Assembly (NCBI GenBank): GCA_043228905.1
Contig: JBHGNT010000010.1
Location: 6,138,001 to 6,202,000 of the forward strand
DNA length: 64,000 nt
Direction: 5' to 3'
Source: Azolla caroliniana
Lineage: Eukaryota; Plantae; Polypodiophyta
Made by a program: the position numbers and the translations under genes. The first letter of the stretch is position 1; every line of letters starts with the position of its first letter. This document shows positions 1 to 12,500 of this stretch, piece after piece. The notes beneath the pieces were generated by a model. The model worked only from the letters and a program-made list of their open reading frames with translations. It made no database searches and was not told the DNA's origin.

Positions 1-853
1 ATTAGTTGGAATCACACCAAAAGACAGATTTTTCTGTCTCAAACCGACTACATCGGACATGTCTTGGAACGCTTCAACATGCAATCGGCCAAGTCTGCTT
101 CCACCCCGCTCCCCATTCATCTTCGGCTTTCTCAGCGAGACTGCCCGACATCTGGTCCGGAGGGGGAAGACATGAAGTCGGTACCGTATGCACCGGCAGT
201 AGGCTCTCTGATGTACGTGATGGTCGCGACACGGCCTGATATTTCTCACGCCGTAGGAGTCATCAGCAGATTTATGCACAATCCCGTTCGATCTCACTGG
301 AACGCAGTCAAGCATGTGTTCAGATATTTAGCTGGCACAAAAGACCACGACATCCTTTTCGGTTTGAAGTCAACTTCAGGCGTAGCCGGTTACACCGACT
401 TGGACTTCGCCGGCTGTGTGGACAGTCGCAAGTCAACAACCGGATATTGCTTTAAATTCGGCAATCTCGTGGAAGTCGAAACTTCAGGAGTGCACAACCA
501 CCTCAATGACCAAAGCAGAATATGTAGCTGCCTCCGACGCAGCGAAAGAAGCTTTATGGCTCGGTCGGCTGGCGCACACGTTTCGGCAAGTCGACTCCGA
601 CTCGGCTCCAGTTGTCTACAGCGACAGTCAGAGTGTTGTTGCTTTGTCGAAAAATCCGGTTCATCACAACGCCTCCAAGCATATCGAAGTTCGATATCAC
701 TTCATTCGGGACTGCGTCATTTCCGGGAAAATCGGTTTAGAGAAGATATCCACAACCGATAATGTCGCAGATGGAATGACTAAGTGTCTTTCGGCAGACC
801 GGTTCCGGTCTCTTCAGCAACAGATGGGCGTAACAACATATCGGTCCGGTTGA
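1..853 (+). pseudogene. copia pol C-terminus (RT/RNase H), frameshifted near 462
   Basis: Overlapping ORFs 64-762 and 416-853 each carry part of the copia RT/RNase H consensus. Confidence 0.9.
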
Positions 854-1047
854 AGCCGGACATAGTGCAGGACAGTTTCGGACAACAGACATCGGTTCAC
901 TGACGATCAACTTCAGCTTTTCCGACCCGACCAATTCGGTCTTCTATCTACAGATCATGCCGATTCGAACAAAACCGACCTGTCCGAGAACCTATGCCTA
1001 TACCTGTATTTTTTAGATAACCCATGTATACGCCCATTACGGGGGAG

Positions 1048-1245
1048 TGTCGAATACAAATGTATAATGGACGTATTCACACTATCCTCTTAGAGAGCCC
1101 AAGTTCGGGCTATTTCTGTAAATAACATAAAGGGCAGTTGCCCTAAGTGAGTCACTATATAAAGTGACTTTGTAACCTTTTGTAAAGGTTGGTTGTTCAT
1201 TGTTGTAACGATTGCCCCTTTATGAATATAGATATATTCTTTGTG

Positions 1246-1317
<72 letters not shown>

Positions 1318-1417
1318 CGTAATTTGTTCTTGCCTCTCTCATACGCAAGTATTTTCTTCCTCACAGATTCATACTGTGTGATCTCTTCCGCACTGACGGT
1401 CTTGTTCATTCCCTACA
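1048..1417 (+). repeat. 3' LTR of family B copia, containing (CT)n at ~1246-1314
   Basis: TG start directly after the PPT; TATA-like CTATATAAAG; start matches 61292. Right end (..CCCTACA) is approximate. Confidence 0.8.
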
Positions 1418-2776
1418 GTGCTCCTCGACCGGTCCCAGGATGCAGGCTCCCTTTTTCCCTCTCTATGTGGAACCGGCGTTGTGTGCGTGAGGCTGAGTTC
1501 TAACCGGTGTCGAAGAGCCGATCAAAACCGGGTGTATATGTGTACGTGCATGCGCGCGGGCGCGGTTAACCGGGCTGTGACCCGTGCCTGTTTTGGGCCC
1601 TTGTACATATGAACCGAGGGGCAGTGAAGATGAGTGCGCGTCTTCTCACTCCGTGGATGGTTATCGGTCGCAACCGAGAAGAAATCGGCAGTGCGGCAAG
1701 ATCCCAAGGACTCGAGCCTCCGACAACCTCCTCTCTCATGGTCCATGACCCCGGTGATCCCACCTGGATTCGACGTGCAAGTGCAGAATCCTATGACAAC
1801 GGCAAGGCCTAATGGGCCACAAGAGCCCCCACGCAACCCAAGCACGTCGCGGCCAAGTACGAACTTGGACAAAGGCAATGGTAAGATGCCTGAATACTAA
1901 GTCGATCACCCAGATGACATTGATTTGGATGTGTCGGCTCCCTCACTAGATAGTGAGTTCGGTGTACCCATCATGCGGACACCCGAAGTAAAGAAGACGC
2001 TCACATCAACGAGCGAAAAACTTTGACGCTCTTCTAAAGAGAAGAATCTTGTCACTCGGCTCGGCTACAACGAGTACATGGCCCATCACTATGCCTTCGC
2101 AATGAAGGTAGAGGCCGAACAAGAGCCGAGGAGCTCCACCGTAGTGGTTCGTAACGCACGATGGGTGGAAGTAGTTGACCTTCGCCCACACACTACAAGC
2201 CTTCATCACCGGCTTGAGGCAGAGGAACTGAGATTGCCACGGCGAAGAAAGCCGAAGGCCGGACGGAAGCACACAAAACCAATGAAAGCCGAAGCGGATG
2301 TCGGGCGCCTCACACTTGAGCTTGCGGGGCGTGCTGAGAGATCAAGCTCAACTTAGTTTAGTTAGTTAGTCAACCATGTAACTTCGTAGTTATCTAGATA
2401 GAATCTAGTTAGAAGTGTTGACTATAACGCCTTAAATAGGACCTTGTACTTAACTAGGATAATCTAGATCCTCCACTCCCAAAGTCATTTAATATAGAAC
2501 TTACACTTTTGTACCTATATTATCCTCACACATGTGCACCCTTGCACATGAGATCTATATATACCTCATTGTGGGTATTTTTGTATTTGATGATGATAAT
2601 GATAATGCTAATTTAATATAGTTATTCATCCCCCATCTTGTGTTGTTCATAAGTGTATCTTCCTCTCTCTCTTCCTCTCACACACATACACACACATATC
2701 ACTTAATCTTCCGCTTATCAACTAATCACATAATTAGGTACTAATTAAACCATACTTAATTACCTAATTCTTAACA
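1418..2776 (+). mobile_element. Non-autonomous copia deletion derivative related to family A, 3' part with LTR 2332-2776
   Basis: Retains the integrase-RT linker (GPQEP..STSRP..DKG.GKM.EY; MAHHYAFAMKV) but no RT/RNase H. PPT-like GCGGGGCG precedes TGCTGAGAGATCAAGCTC, which resembles the family A LTR start; ends ..TTAACA. Confidence 0.75.
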
Positions 2777-5460
2777 CTCTGAAATGAAGGAATACAACGA
2801 GAATTCTCATGCCGGCATAAACCTCAACAAAATGGTGTAGCCTAGCGAAAGAATCGGCACATAGTAGAGGTTGCATGGGCAATGATGAACGAGAAGAACC
2901 TGTTGAAATCGTACTGAGCAGAAGCAGCTAACACAGTCGTATACCTCATGAACGGGTGTACAACCTCAGGGGTACACGACATAACCCCACATGAGAAGTT
3001 CTTTGGAAGGAAGCCAAACCTCTCACATGTTAGAATTTTCGGCTCCCTTGCATACGTGCACATTCCCGACGAGAAGCGACAAAAGCTTGATCCAAAGTCG
3101 GAGAAATGTATCCTCGTAGGATACTCACTAGAGAAAAAGGGGTACAAGTGTTATAACCCCTCTACACACCAGAGACAACTTCAACCTTGACTCAATTCTA
3201 CTCAGAATCAGCCGAACACAAGATACAAGAAGAAGATCGTCTCAGGCACATGTACGAAGACAACCCCGCTTATGACAAGGTTGAGTGGCCCACAAGAGCC
3301 TCCGAGTGATCACAGGACATCTCGGCCAACTCCAAAGCTAGACAAGGGGAAGGACAAAATGGTAGAATATGAAGACTTGATGGACAAAGAGTCAACTCAC
3401 TCCCTTGACAGTGAGTTCGAAAGTCTCGACATCCAGACAAATGGAGCGAAGAAAGCATTAGTCTCCGCAAACGAGAAGCTATGTTGGTACAACTGTGAAA
3501 AGAACCTCGTAAGCCGATTCGGCTACAATGAGTACATGGCGTATCATTGCGCCTTTATGATGAAGGTAGCAATTGTGCGAAAGCCGGAAACATTTTCCGA
3601 AGCCATGAAGGACCCGTGATGGGTCGACACGATGAATGAAGAAATGTAGGCCTTGTGCAAAAATGAGACATGGGATCTTGTTCCCCATTCACCTCATAGG
3701 AAAGCGATTGGTTATAGATTGATCTATAAGGTCAAATACAATGCTGATGGCTCAATAAATCGCTTAAAAACACGACTCGTCGCCAAAGGACATGTACAAA
3801 CGCACAAAATCGATTACGAGGAGACCTTTGCCCTAGTGGTAAAGATGACAATGGTGCGGATAGTTATTGCACTCACAGCGGCGAAAGGATGCCATCTCCA
3901 CCAGATGGACGTAAAGAATGCCTTCTTCCAAGGCGAATTAGAAGAGGTCTTCATGACTCAACCCCTTGGTTTCGAATTGAAAAATCATTCGAAAGTAGTT
4001 GTTCTACTAAAGAAACCACTCTACGGCCTTAAGCAAGCATTGCGTGCTTGGCATTCGAAGATCCCTCAGTATCTTCATCAAATTGGCTTTTGAATGTCGA
4101 AATCGGACAACTCCATGTATATCCGAAACGAGTTGAACAACCCAATTGTCATCATCCTATACGTGGATGATCTAGTCATCGGAGGAAAAGATCTCACTGA
4201 GATTAATAAGGTAAAAGCACTCCTATTCGGCAAATTCGAAATGAAAGATATGCACGAGTTCCATTACTTCCTTGGTATTGAAGTAATTCGAACACACCAG
4301 TCGGGATACTGATCTCACAATGACACTACATTCTCAACTTACTCTACAAGTTCGGAATGACCAAGTGCAAACTTATGTCTACCCCTCTCGATCGTAATCT
4401 CAAGATCGATGTCGATTCAGGCACAACCGAGTGCGATCCGACTCAGTATCAACAACTGATTGGCAGCCTAATCTATCTAACCATCACACGACCCGACCTA
4501 CTTAGCCAATTCATGCAAAACCCGTGAAATGATCATCTTGATTGCACTACGAGGGTACTTCGGTTTGTCAATACGACAATATATTACGCCATCATGTACA
4601 AATCGAATACGTTTATTCAACTCGAAGGGTACACAAACGCGGATTGGGCAGGCTATAAGGCCGATAGACGTTCAACCTCCGGATTCGTTTTTCTCTCTCG
4701 GTAGCGGAGCAGTAAGAAGCAGCTGATAGTCGCACTGTTCAGCACGGAGGCCGAATATAGGGGCACGACAATCACCGCGTGCGAAGCTATCTAGCTCAAA
4801 CGCATCTTGAAGGACCTGGGCGTTCCCATCACGGATCCAACTCGCCTCTACTGCGACAACATGAGCATTATCTATCTCGCTCAGAACCCGGTACTCCACG
4901 CACGGACTAAACACATTGAAGTGCACTATCACTTCATCTGTGAGCGCGTACACGCCGGAGATGTCGACCTACAACACATCAACACGAATCTTCAAGTGGC
5001 CGACATCTTCACAAAAGCCCTTGGTATCAACAAGTTGCGGCAGTTCGCGATGAACGTTAGTCGCTCGATCACCGACCAACCGCGCTTGAGGGGGAGTATA
5101 GTAGCAGCCCACACCGAACAGTAACCGATCAGTCAATCGAAGCCAACCATAGGAGTCAAAGTATGATGAAACAATCGAACAACCGAACACGAAGAAACGA
5201 AGAATCGAAATTGTAAGTCGTGTCGACTAGCCTTCCGAAAACCGAAATCTAATTCAACCAAATCACAGCTTTTCGAGGATCGAACCGAACCAACTTTGAC
5301 ATCCGGAAGTTGTGTTCGAAGGGGTGTGTTGAGAATCAAACTTACTGGAATAGATTTGTAATTAGTAGAAAGGGTATTTGCCTTAGACTAGTTGGTATTT
5401 AAACCAACCTTTTGTAACTGAGTAACTGTTGGATGCAATATACACTTTTCTTGTTTAGAG

Positions 5461-5557
<97 letters not shown>

Positions 5558-5621
5558 TACTACACTCACACATACACAGAGTTCTCTTCCGTTGCACCAC
5601 CTATGACTCTCATTCTTTACA
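2777..5621 (+). mobile_element. Ty1/copia family A copy, 3' half (integrase C-terminus, RT, RNase H; many stops); 3' LTR 5327-5621
   Basis: ORF fragments match 8192-11268 (KRQKLDPKSEKCILVGYS, ILYVDDL, HARTKHIEVHYHF). LTR runs TGTTGAGAATC..TTTACA and contains a long (CT)n. Confidence 0.92.
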
Positions 5622-6110
5622 ATAGATGTAAAACTTAAGAGTATTTATTTTATTTTTAAAACAAAATAAATAAAAGGTTCATCAATTCCCCACTTTTAAC
5701 TCTTCCACAAAATTTGATATTTTTATTTGCCCTTAAAAAGGGGACCTCACACTATTTTTATAATAGATATAAAATTTAAAGTATTTATTTTATTTTTTAA
5801 TAAAACAATAAATATAAATAAATAAAAAGTTCATTGATTCCCCACTTTTTACTCTCCTACAAAATTTGATATTTTTATCTGACATTAAAAAGGGGACCTC
5901 ACACTAATAATAATTTTATAATAGATGTAAAACTTAAAAGTATTTGTTTTATAATTTATTTTTAATAAATTATAAAAATAAAAGGTTCATTAATCCCCCA
6001 CTTTTTCCTCTCCCACAAAATTTGATTTAAAACTGGCATTAAAAAGGGGAGTAATAATATTTTTATAATAGATGTAAAAATATTTGTTTTTCTTTAATAA
6101 TAGATAAATA
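5622..6110. repeat. AT-rich degenerate tandem repeat, ~140-160 bp unit, about 3.3 copies
   Basis: Recurring ATAGATGTAAAA..GTTCAT..CCCCACTTTT..CAAAATTTGAT..AAAAAGGGG units starting near 5622, 5763, 5921 and 6068. Confidence 0.85.
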
Positions 6111-6318
6111 AACAAATGGTTTTGTAATATTGTTAGGGTCATTTTGTATTCTTGATTATGACGAATATTATGGATGGAGAACACCACGAATATCACGCAT
6201 GGGTCAATCTATGTATAGGACTTCTCTGATCGTAGAGTCTTCTAGGGAAAGGATTTCTCCCGATCGAGAGTCGGCAATATTGACTTGGTTGCCAGTATTA
6301 GAATGGTTCGAATTGGAC

Positions 6319-6785
<467 letters not shown>

Positions 6786-6797
6786 TGGTATCATAGC
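6786..6797 (+). promoter_or_regulatory. Primer-binding site, tRNA-iMet type
   Basis: TGGTATCATAGC directly after the LTR; one mismatch to the canonical TGGTATCAGAGC. Confidence 0.9.
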
Positions 6798-6938
6798 GAT
6801 TTGGTAGCTCCATCTAGCCCATCCGCGTGTGTTGAGCTCTACGCCGACGTTCAAGAAGAACCGGGTCATTGTTATCGTAGCTTCGCTACATAGCTCACAT
6901 TCGAAGAGAGAAGAAGAAGAAGAAGAAGAATCGACATA

Positions 6939-9900
6939 ATGAATACTCAAATGGGGAGCGCTCTCCCTACCGAGAAGTTGGATCGAAAAAACTTTGCATC
7001 TTGGGAGTACAAGATGCACCAATACCTTGTCAGACAAGGCTATTGGAGCTACATCAAAGGAGAGCATGAAGACCGACCCGTCGAAGCGGCTCCCGTATAC
7101 GCGACATGGGAGCAAGCCGCAAGTCGCAAGCCACATGATGTATTGCTTGGCAACATGTGTTCACGATCACATGCTCGGCTACATTCGCGAAGCCAAGGCA
7201 CCGAAGGAGGCATGGGAAAATCTACGGAAGATTTTCACGGCGAACACAACCGCAAGAAGGCTTCAACTCTGCCAAGAGTTGAACAACATTCAACAAAGGG
7301 ACATGTCCATCATGACATACACCTCGAAGATCAAGGAGCTTTGCGACTCGCTCGGCTCGATAAGCATAAATATCGATGATGATGAGAATCATGGTGCAAA
7401 TATGCCTCGGCGGCCTCGCACCACGATTCGGCGTGATGCGAACCGTTGTTCTAGCACGGGAGAAATCTTCCTCCTTCTTCGAGCTCCAATCAATGCTATT
7501 GATCGAAGAAAACCACGTCCGTACAAGGAGCAACGAGTCGGAAGGCCATATGTTCTACACACACTCGAAAGGAGGAAGAGGACGCGGACGAGCGAGAGGC
7601 CGATTCGGACAAGGACAAGGAGGCCGAGGTCCGACCTACGACAACAACTCCCAATTTCGGCCACAAAACGGAAGCCAACGAGGAACCTTCGCAAGAAGGG
7701 GGAGCTTCCACTCCGGCCCAAGCCGTCAAAAGGAAACCGAATGCGGATATTGTGGAAATCTCAGCTACCACGAAGAAGAGTGTCGAAAGAGAAGGCGTGA
7801 ATCGGCTTCCACAAGTCAACAACTCATGAATTACGCGCACAATTCCAATTATGATGTGTATAGCGAAATGTACGGACACAACTACGACGACGAAGATCAT
7901 TGCAGAATGTATGCACACAACTCCGACCGTGGCGGAATGTTCATGATGAAACATAGAACAAACTCTATGTTGGCCTCTACCTCAACTAGTGCCCTCAATC
8001 CGGAGGACGTATGGTTTGTTGACTCTGGAGCCTCAAACCATATGACATTCCATAAAGAATGGTTTCTCGAACTTCGAGAGCCGGAGCGACCCGGTTAAGT
8101 CGAAACCAGAGATGACACTACGCACCTGATTCGGCACATCGGCAATGTTTCGTTCGGCGAAAGAGGTAAGCAAACATACATTAAAAATGTCTTGCATGTT
8201 CCCACCATCACAAAGAATTTGGTCTTAGTCGGCCAAATGGTTGAGCAAGGGATGCAAGTACGATTCGACCAAGAAGGGTGCTTCATCGAAAAAGAGGGTC
8301 GAATCATCGCGACCAGAAGAAGAGAGGGTCGGATGTTCATTCTTGATTCACACGAGATAAAATCCGCCATGTTCGCAAAAAGCACGAAAGCCAACTCCAA
8401 CATAGATCTATGGCACAAGCGAATCGGCCACATCAATCTCAACAAACTCAAAGCAATGAAATCGAACGGAGTCGTCATCGGACTTCCGACATTCAAAGAG
8501 AAGGAGATTGAAGGTGTATGCGAAGCGTGCCAATTCGGCAAGCAACACCGACACCCATTCCCGAAAGAGCGGAACGTGAGCAAAGGTCTACTCGATGTAG
8601 TCCATTCTGACGTATGGGGACCGGCGCAGACAGCTACATTCGGCAGATGCCGATATTACGTGCTCTTCATCAACGATCTCTCTAGGCACACTTGGATCTA
8701 CCCGATGCAGCAAAAGAGTGAAGTGTTCGGACACTTCCAAAAATTCAAGCATGAAGTCGAGAAAGCCACGGGCCGACATGTACGATGTCTCCGATCGGAT
8801 AGCGGCAAGGAGTACTTCTCAGATGATTTCACGGTGTATCTCCGAAAGGAAGGAATTCAGCGAGAATTCACTTGCCAACACACTCCGCAACAAAACGGAG
8901 TAGCCGAGCGCAAAAATCGGCAAATCCTCGAAGTAGCGCGGACCATGATGAACAAGAAGCATATGCCCAAGTCATACTGGGCCGAAGCTGCAAATACGGC
9001 CGTCTACCTAATGAACCGGTGCACAACATCCGGCGTGCACGAGGTCACTCCGCACGAAAAATACTTTGGAAAGAAGTCGGACTTATCGCACACCCGGATA
9101 TTTGGCGCGATAGCGTAGGTGCACATCCCCGACGAGAAGCGTCAAAAGCTTGACACAAAGTCGGAGAAATGTATCCTCGTAGGATACTCACTAGAGCAAA
9201 AGGGGTACAAGTGCTACAACCCCGCAACTCAAAGATCTCGCATAAATCGAGACGTCGTTTTTTACGAGTCTGCATCCTAGCACGCACCAGAGACAACTCC
9301 GACTCCAATTCTGCTCGACCCGGAATCTGCCGAACAAGAGATAGAGGATGAAGATCGCCTTACGCGCATGTTCGAAGACAGTCCAATCACGACCCGACTG
9401 AGCGAACCACAAGAGCCTTTGAGCGATCAAAGCACATCACGGCCTAGCCCGAAGATGGACAAAGGCAAGGCGAAAATGGCGGAATACGAAGACGATCGCT
9501 TCGACGACGATGAGTCGACTCACTCACTCAACAGTGAGTTCGGCGGCTTCGATGTACCAATCGGAGCTAAGAAAGCCCTCATCTCTGCAAATGAAAAGCT
9601 CTGTCGCTCCACCCATGAAAAGAATCTGGTCAGCTGATTCGGCTACAACAACTACATGGCATATCACTATGCCTTTATGATGAAGGTGGCGACAGTAGGT
9701 GAGCCGGAAACATTTTCCGAAGCAGCCAAGGATCCGCGATGGATCGAAGCCATGAACGAGGAGATGCAGGCACTACACAAGAACGAGACATGGGATCTCG
9801 TTCTCACCTCACCACACAAAAAGGCGATCGGATGCAGATAGATTTACAAAGTGAAATACAACGTCAACGGTTCCGTCAACCGCTACAAAGCGCGACTCGT

Positions 9901-11268
9901 AGCAAAAGGCTACGCACAAACGCACAGAGTTGACTATGAAGAGACCTTTGCCCCGGTGGCAAAGATGACGACGGTACGGACTGTAATTGCGCTTGCTGTG
10001 GTAAAAGGGTGGCACCTCCATCAAATGAACGTCAAGAACGCCTTTCTACAAGGCGAATTAGAAGAGGAGGTGTACATGATACAACCACCCGGCTTCAACT
10101 CGAGCACCCATCCAAAAGCTGTCTGCCGACTCAAGAAGCCACTCTACGGCCTCAAGCAAGCACCGTGTGCTTGGCATTTGAAGATAACGCAATATCTTCA
10201 TCATATCAACTTCCGTATGTCAAAATCGGACAACTCCCTCTACATACGAAGCGATTCCGCAAGTCCGATCGTCATCATCTTATATGTGGATGACCTAGTC
10301 ATTGGAGGTGAGAATGTCGTCGAAATCAATAAGGTCAAATCCCTCCTTTCTGTCAAGTTCGAGATGACGGACATGAAGGAGCTCCACTACTTCCTCGGCA
10401 TTGAGGTAATTCGGACTCCGGCCGGAATCATGATCTCTCAAGGGCACTACATCCTCAACTTGTTATACAAGTTCGGGATGGCTGAGTGCAAATCCGCGGC
10501 AACCTCGCTCGATCGTAATCTCAAACTAGATGTGAACTCCGGCACCAAAGCGTGTGAGCCGACCCAGTATCGGCAACTCATCGGGAGTCTCATCTACCTC
10601 ACGATCACTCAACCCGATCTCAGTTATCCGGTCGGTCTCCTTAGTCAAATCGTGCAAACACCGCATGATATTCACTTGGATTGCGCTAAGTGAGTTCTAC
10701 GATACGTAAGCGGCACGATGGATTGCGGCATCGTCTACAAGACTGCAATGCCAATACGACTCGAGGGGTACACAAACGCTGATTGGGTTGGGTACAAAGC
10801 CGATAGAAGATCAACCTCCGGATTTGTTTTTTCCCTAACAGCGGAGCAATATCCTGGAGCAGCAAAAAGCAACCAACCGTCGCTCTTTCGAGCACAGAGG
10901 CGGAATACAGGAGCGCGGCAGTGGCCGCCTGTGAAGCCGTATGGCTCAAAAGGATACTCAAGGATCTGGGCGTACCCATCAAGAATTTGACTTCCCTTTA
11001 CTGCGACAACATGAGCAGTATCTATCTGGCTCGAAACCTGGTGTTCCACGCACGGACAAAGCACATCGAAGTGCACTATCACTTCATCCAAGAGCGCGTT
11101 CTAGTTGGCGATGTCAACCTACAACACATTAGCACAAATCTTCAAACGGCTGACATCTTCACTAAAGCCTTAGGAACCGACAAGCTATGGCAATTCATGA
11201 CCGATCTCGGATTGACGATCCCTGACCTGCCAAGCTTGAGGGGGAGTATTGAAGACACTACGCAATAA
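6939..11268 (+). pseudogene. copia gag-pol polyprotein with frameshifts and stops
   Basis: KLDRKNFASW (gag), CGYCGNLSYHEEEC (degenerate knuckle), WFVDSGASNHM (protease), WHKRIGH..CEAC and HSDVWGP (integrase), ILYVDDL (RT), ADIFTKAL (RNase H). Confidence 0.95.
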
Positions 11269-11461
11269 CGCGTGGATTCCGCAACCGCGCAACGAAGCCG
11301 CGAAGAGCCGATCTACCGTGCAAAGCTGCGAAGAAAGACGCAAGCTGAAGCACAGACTTCGCAACTCCGCATAAATGTGAGTCAACACGAACTCCGGAAC
11401 GCGAGTCGAAGCGGATTTCGGATACCGTTTGAAACCGACCCAACTTGAAATTGAGGGGGCG

Positions 11462-11842
11462 TGTTGAGAATCAAGCTCGACTTGGTCTAGTGTGTGAACT
11501 CACCTTGAGAGTGAATAGACACTCCAACGGTCAAGAGTCACCATTATGTCACCTCTTTGTATTCTAGCATTTAGTATGAGTCATAGAATCATATTCTATG
11601 ACACATAACTTATGAGCTTTCACATTCCCCATGCTCCATGAGTCTTGTAGTTAATGAAGAGAGAGGGTGACTATATAAAGCACCCTCCTCCCACCCTGTA
11701 TAATGTTGAGTCTTTCTCCTTTGTTAATATACTTTTACCTTGCGTATTCTCTGTGTCTTACTCCTTGTCTCTCTCACTCTCTTATACACACACACAGTTC
11801 ATATCTATTCCGCTACACAAGAATCATACCCAATTCTTTACA
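11462..11842 (+). repeat. 3' LTR, family A copia
   Basis: TGTTGAGAATC..TTTACA after the PPT at 11453-11461; the TSD follows. Confidence 0.95.
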
Positions 11843-11847
11843 TGGAC

Positions 11848-12500
11848 TATCCTATTTTCCGATCGAATCACCAACCTTTCTCTTTTCCAATCTCCTATGG
11901 AGCATTCCAACCTGCTCTTGATTAGTATTCTCATCACTTTAGACCAAACTTCCTGCGCATGTGATCATTTCCATAAGCAATGTTCTAGATACTCTTTTCC
12001 TAGTTGCATCATTTTTTCAGTTGTCTGGGTCTACTTCACAATGTCTTTTGCATCAAGTAAGCATTCTAATTAGCATCCATTCTTGGAATTCTATCATTGT
12101 TGTAGAGCTCTCAACATCTACATTGGCTCATTAATGTTATGTATAATATCCCCTCTAGCATTGAAGCTCCCCAACCATTTACACCCTTCAAGGCCACATT
12201 CTGACACATGAGCTTCCTAAGGATACACCCACATAGAGTTTTTTATGAGTGTTATCATTTTCTTCCATTTTATATTTGCCAATTTCCATTATGTTACTGA
12301 TTTCCTAGTAGTGCTCCCACCACTTAGCCATTGTGGGCCATCATTGCTTTTGAAGATCTGCCCAAGGAAGTCCCACATTCATTCCCAACATTTTATTACT
12401 ATCATCTGTAATGATGGGATTCCATAGAAGAGGTTGGCAAGCCCATTCCATGGGAGAAGGGTTGCCTCCAATAGATTTCCTCCAGGTTGTGCATCTTCCA
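11848..12500 (-). mobile_element. Degenerate L1-like LINE ORF2 C-terminal remnant (target of the copia insertion)
   Basis: Minus strand reads WRKSIGGNPSPMEWACQPLLWNP (~12485-12417) and EYLEHCLWK*SHAQEVWSKVMRIL (~11995-11924), resembling the zf-RVT region. Boundaries approximate. Confidence 0.55.

Larger units (their letters stand above)
1..1417 (+). mobile_element. Ty1/copia LTR retrotransposon (family B), 3' end: RT/RNase H, PPT, 3' LTR
   Basis: Copia RT/RNase H motifs (VGSLMY..TRPDI, SWKSKLQ, AEYVAAS, KHIEVRYHFIRD, ADGMTK). PPT GGGGGAG at 1041-1047, then LTR starting TGTCGAATAC, homologous to the LTR at 61292. Confidence 0.92.

Noticed and set aside
1189-1503. ORFs with SLSLSL or ERERER runs (also at 5388, 6511, 36524, 59821)
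   Set aside because: These are translations of (CT)n/(GA)n microsatellites inside LTRs or the MITE.
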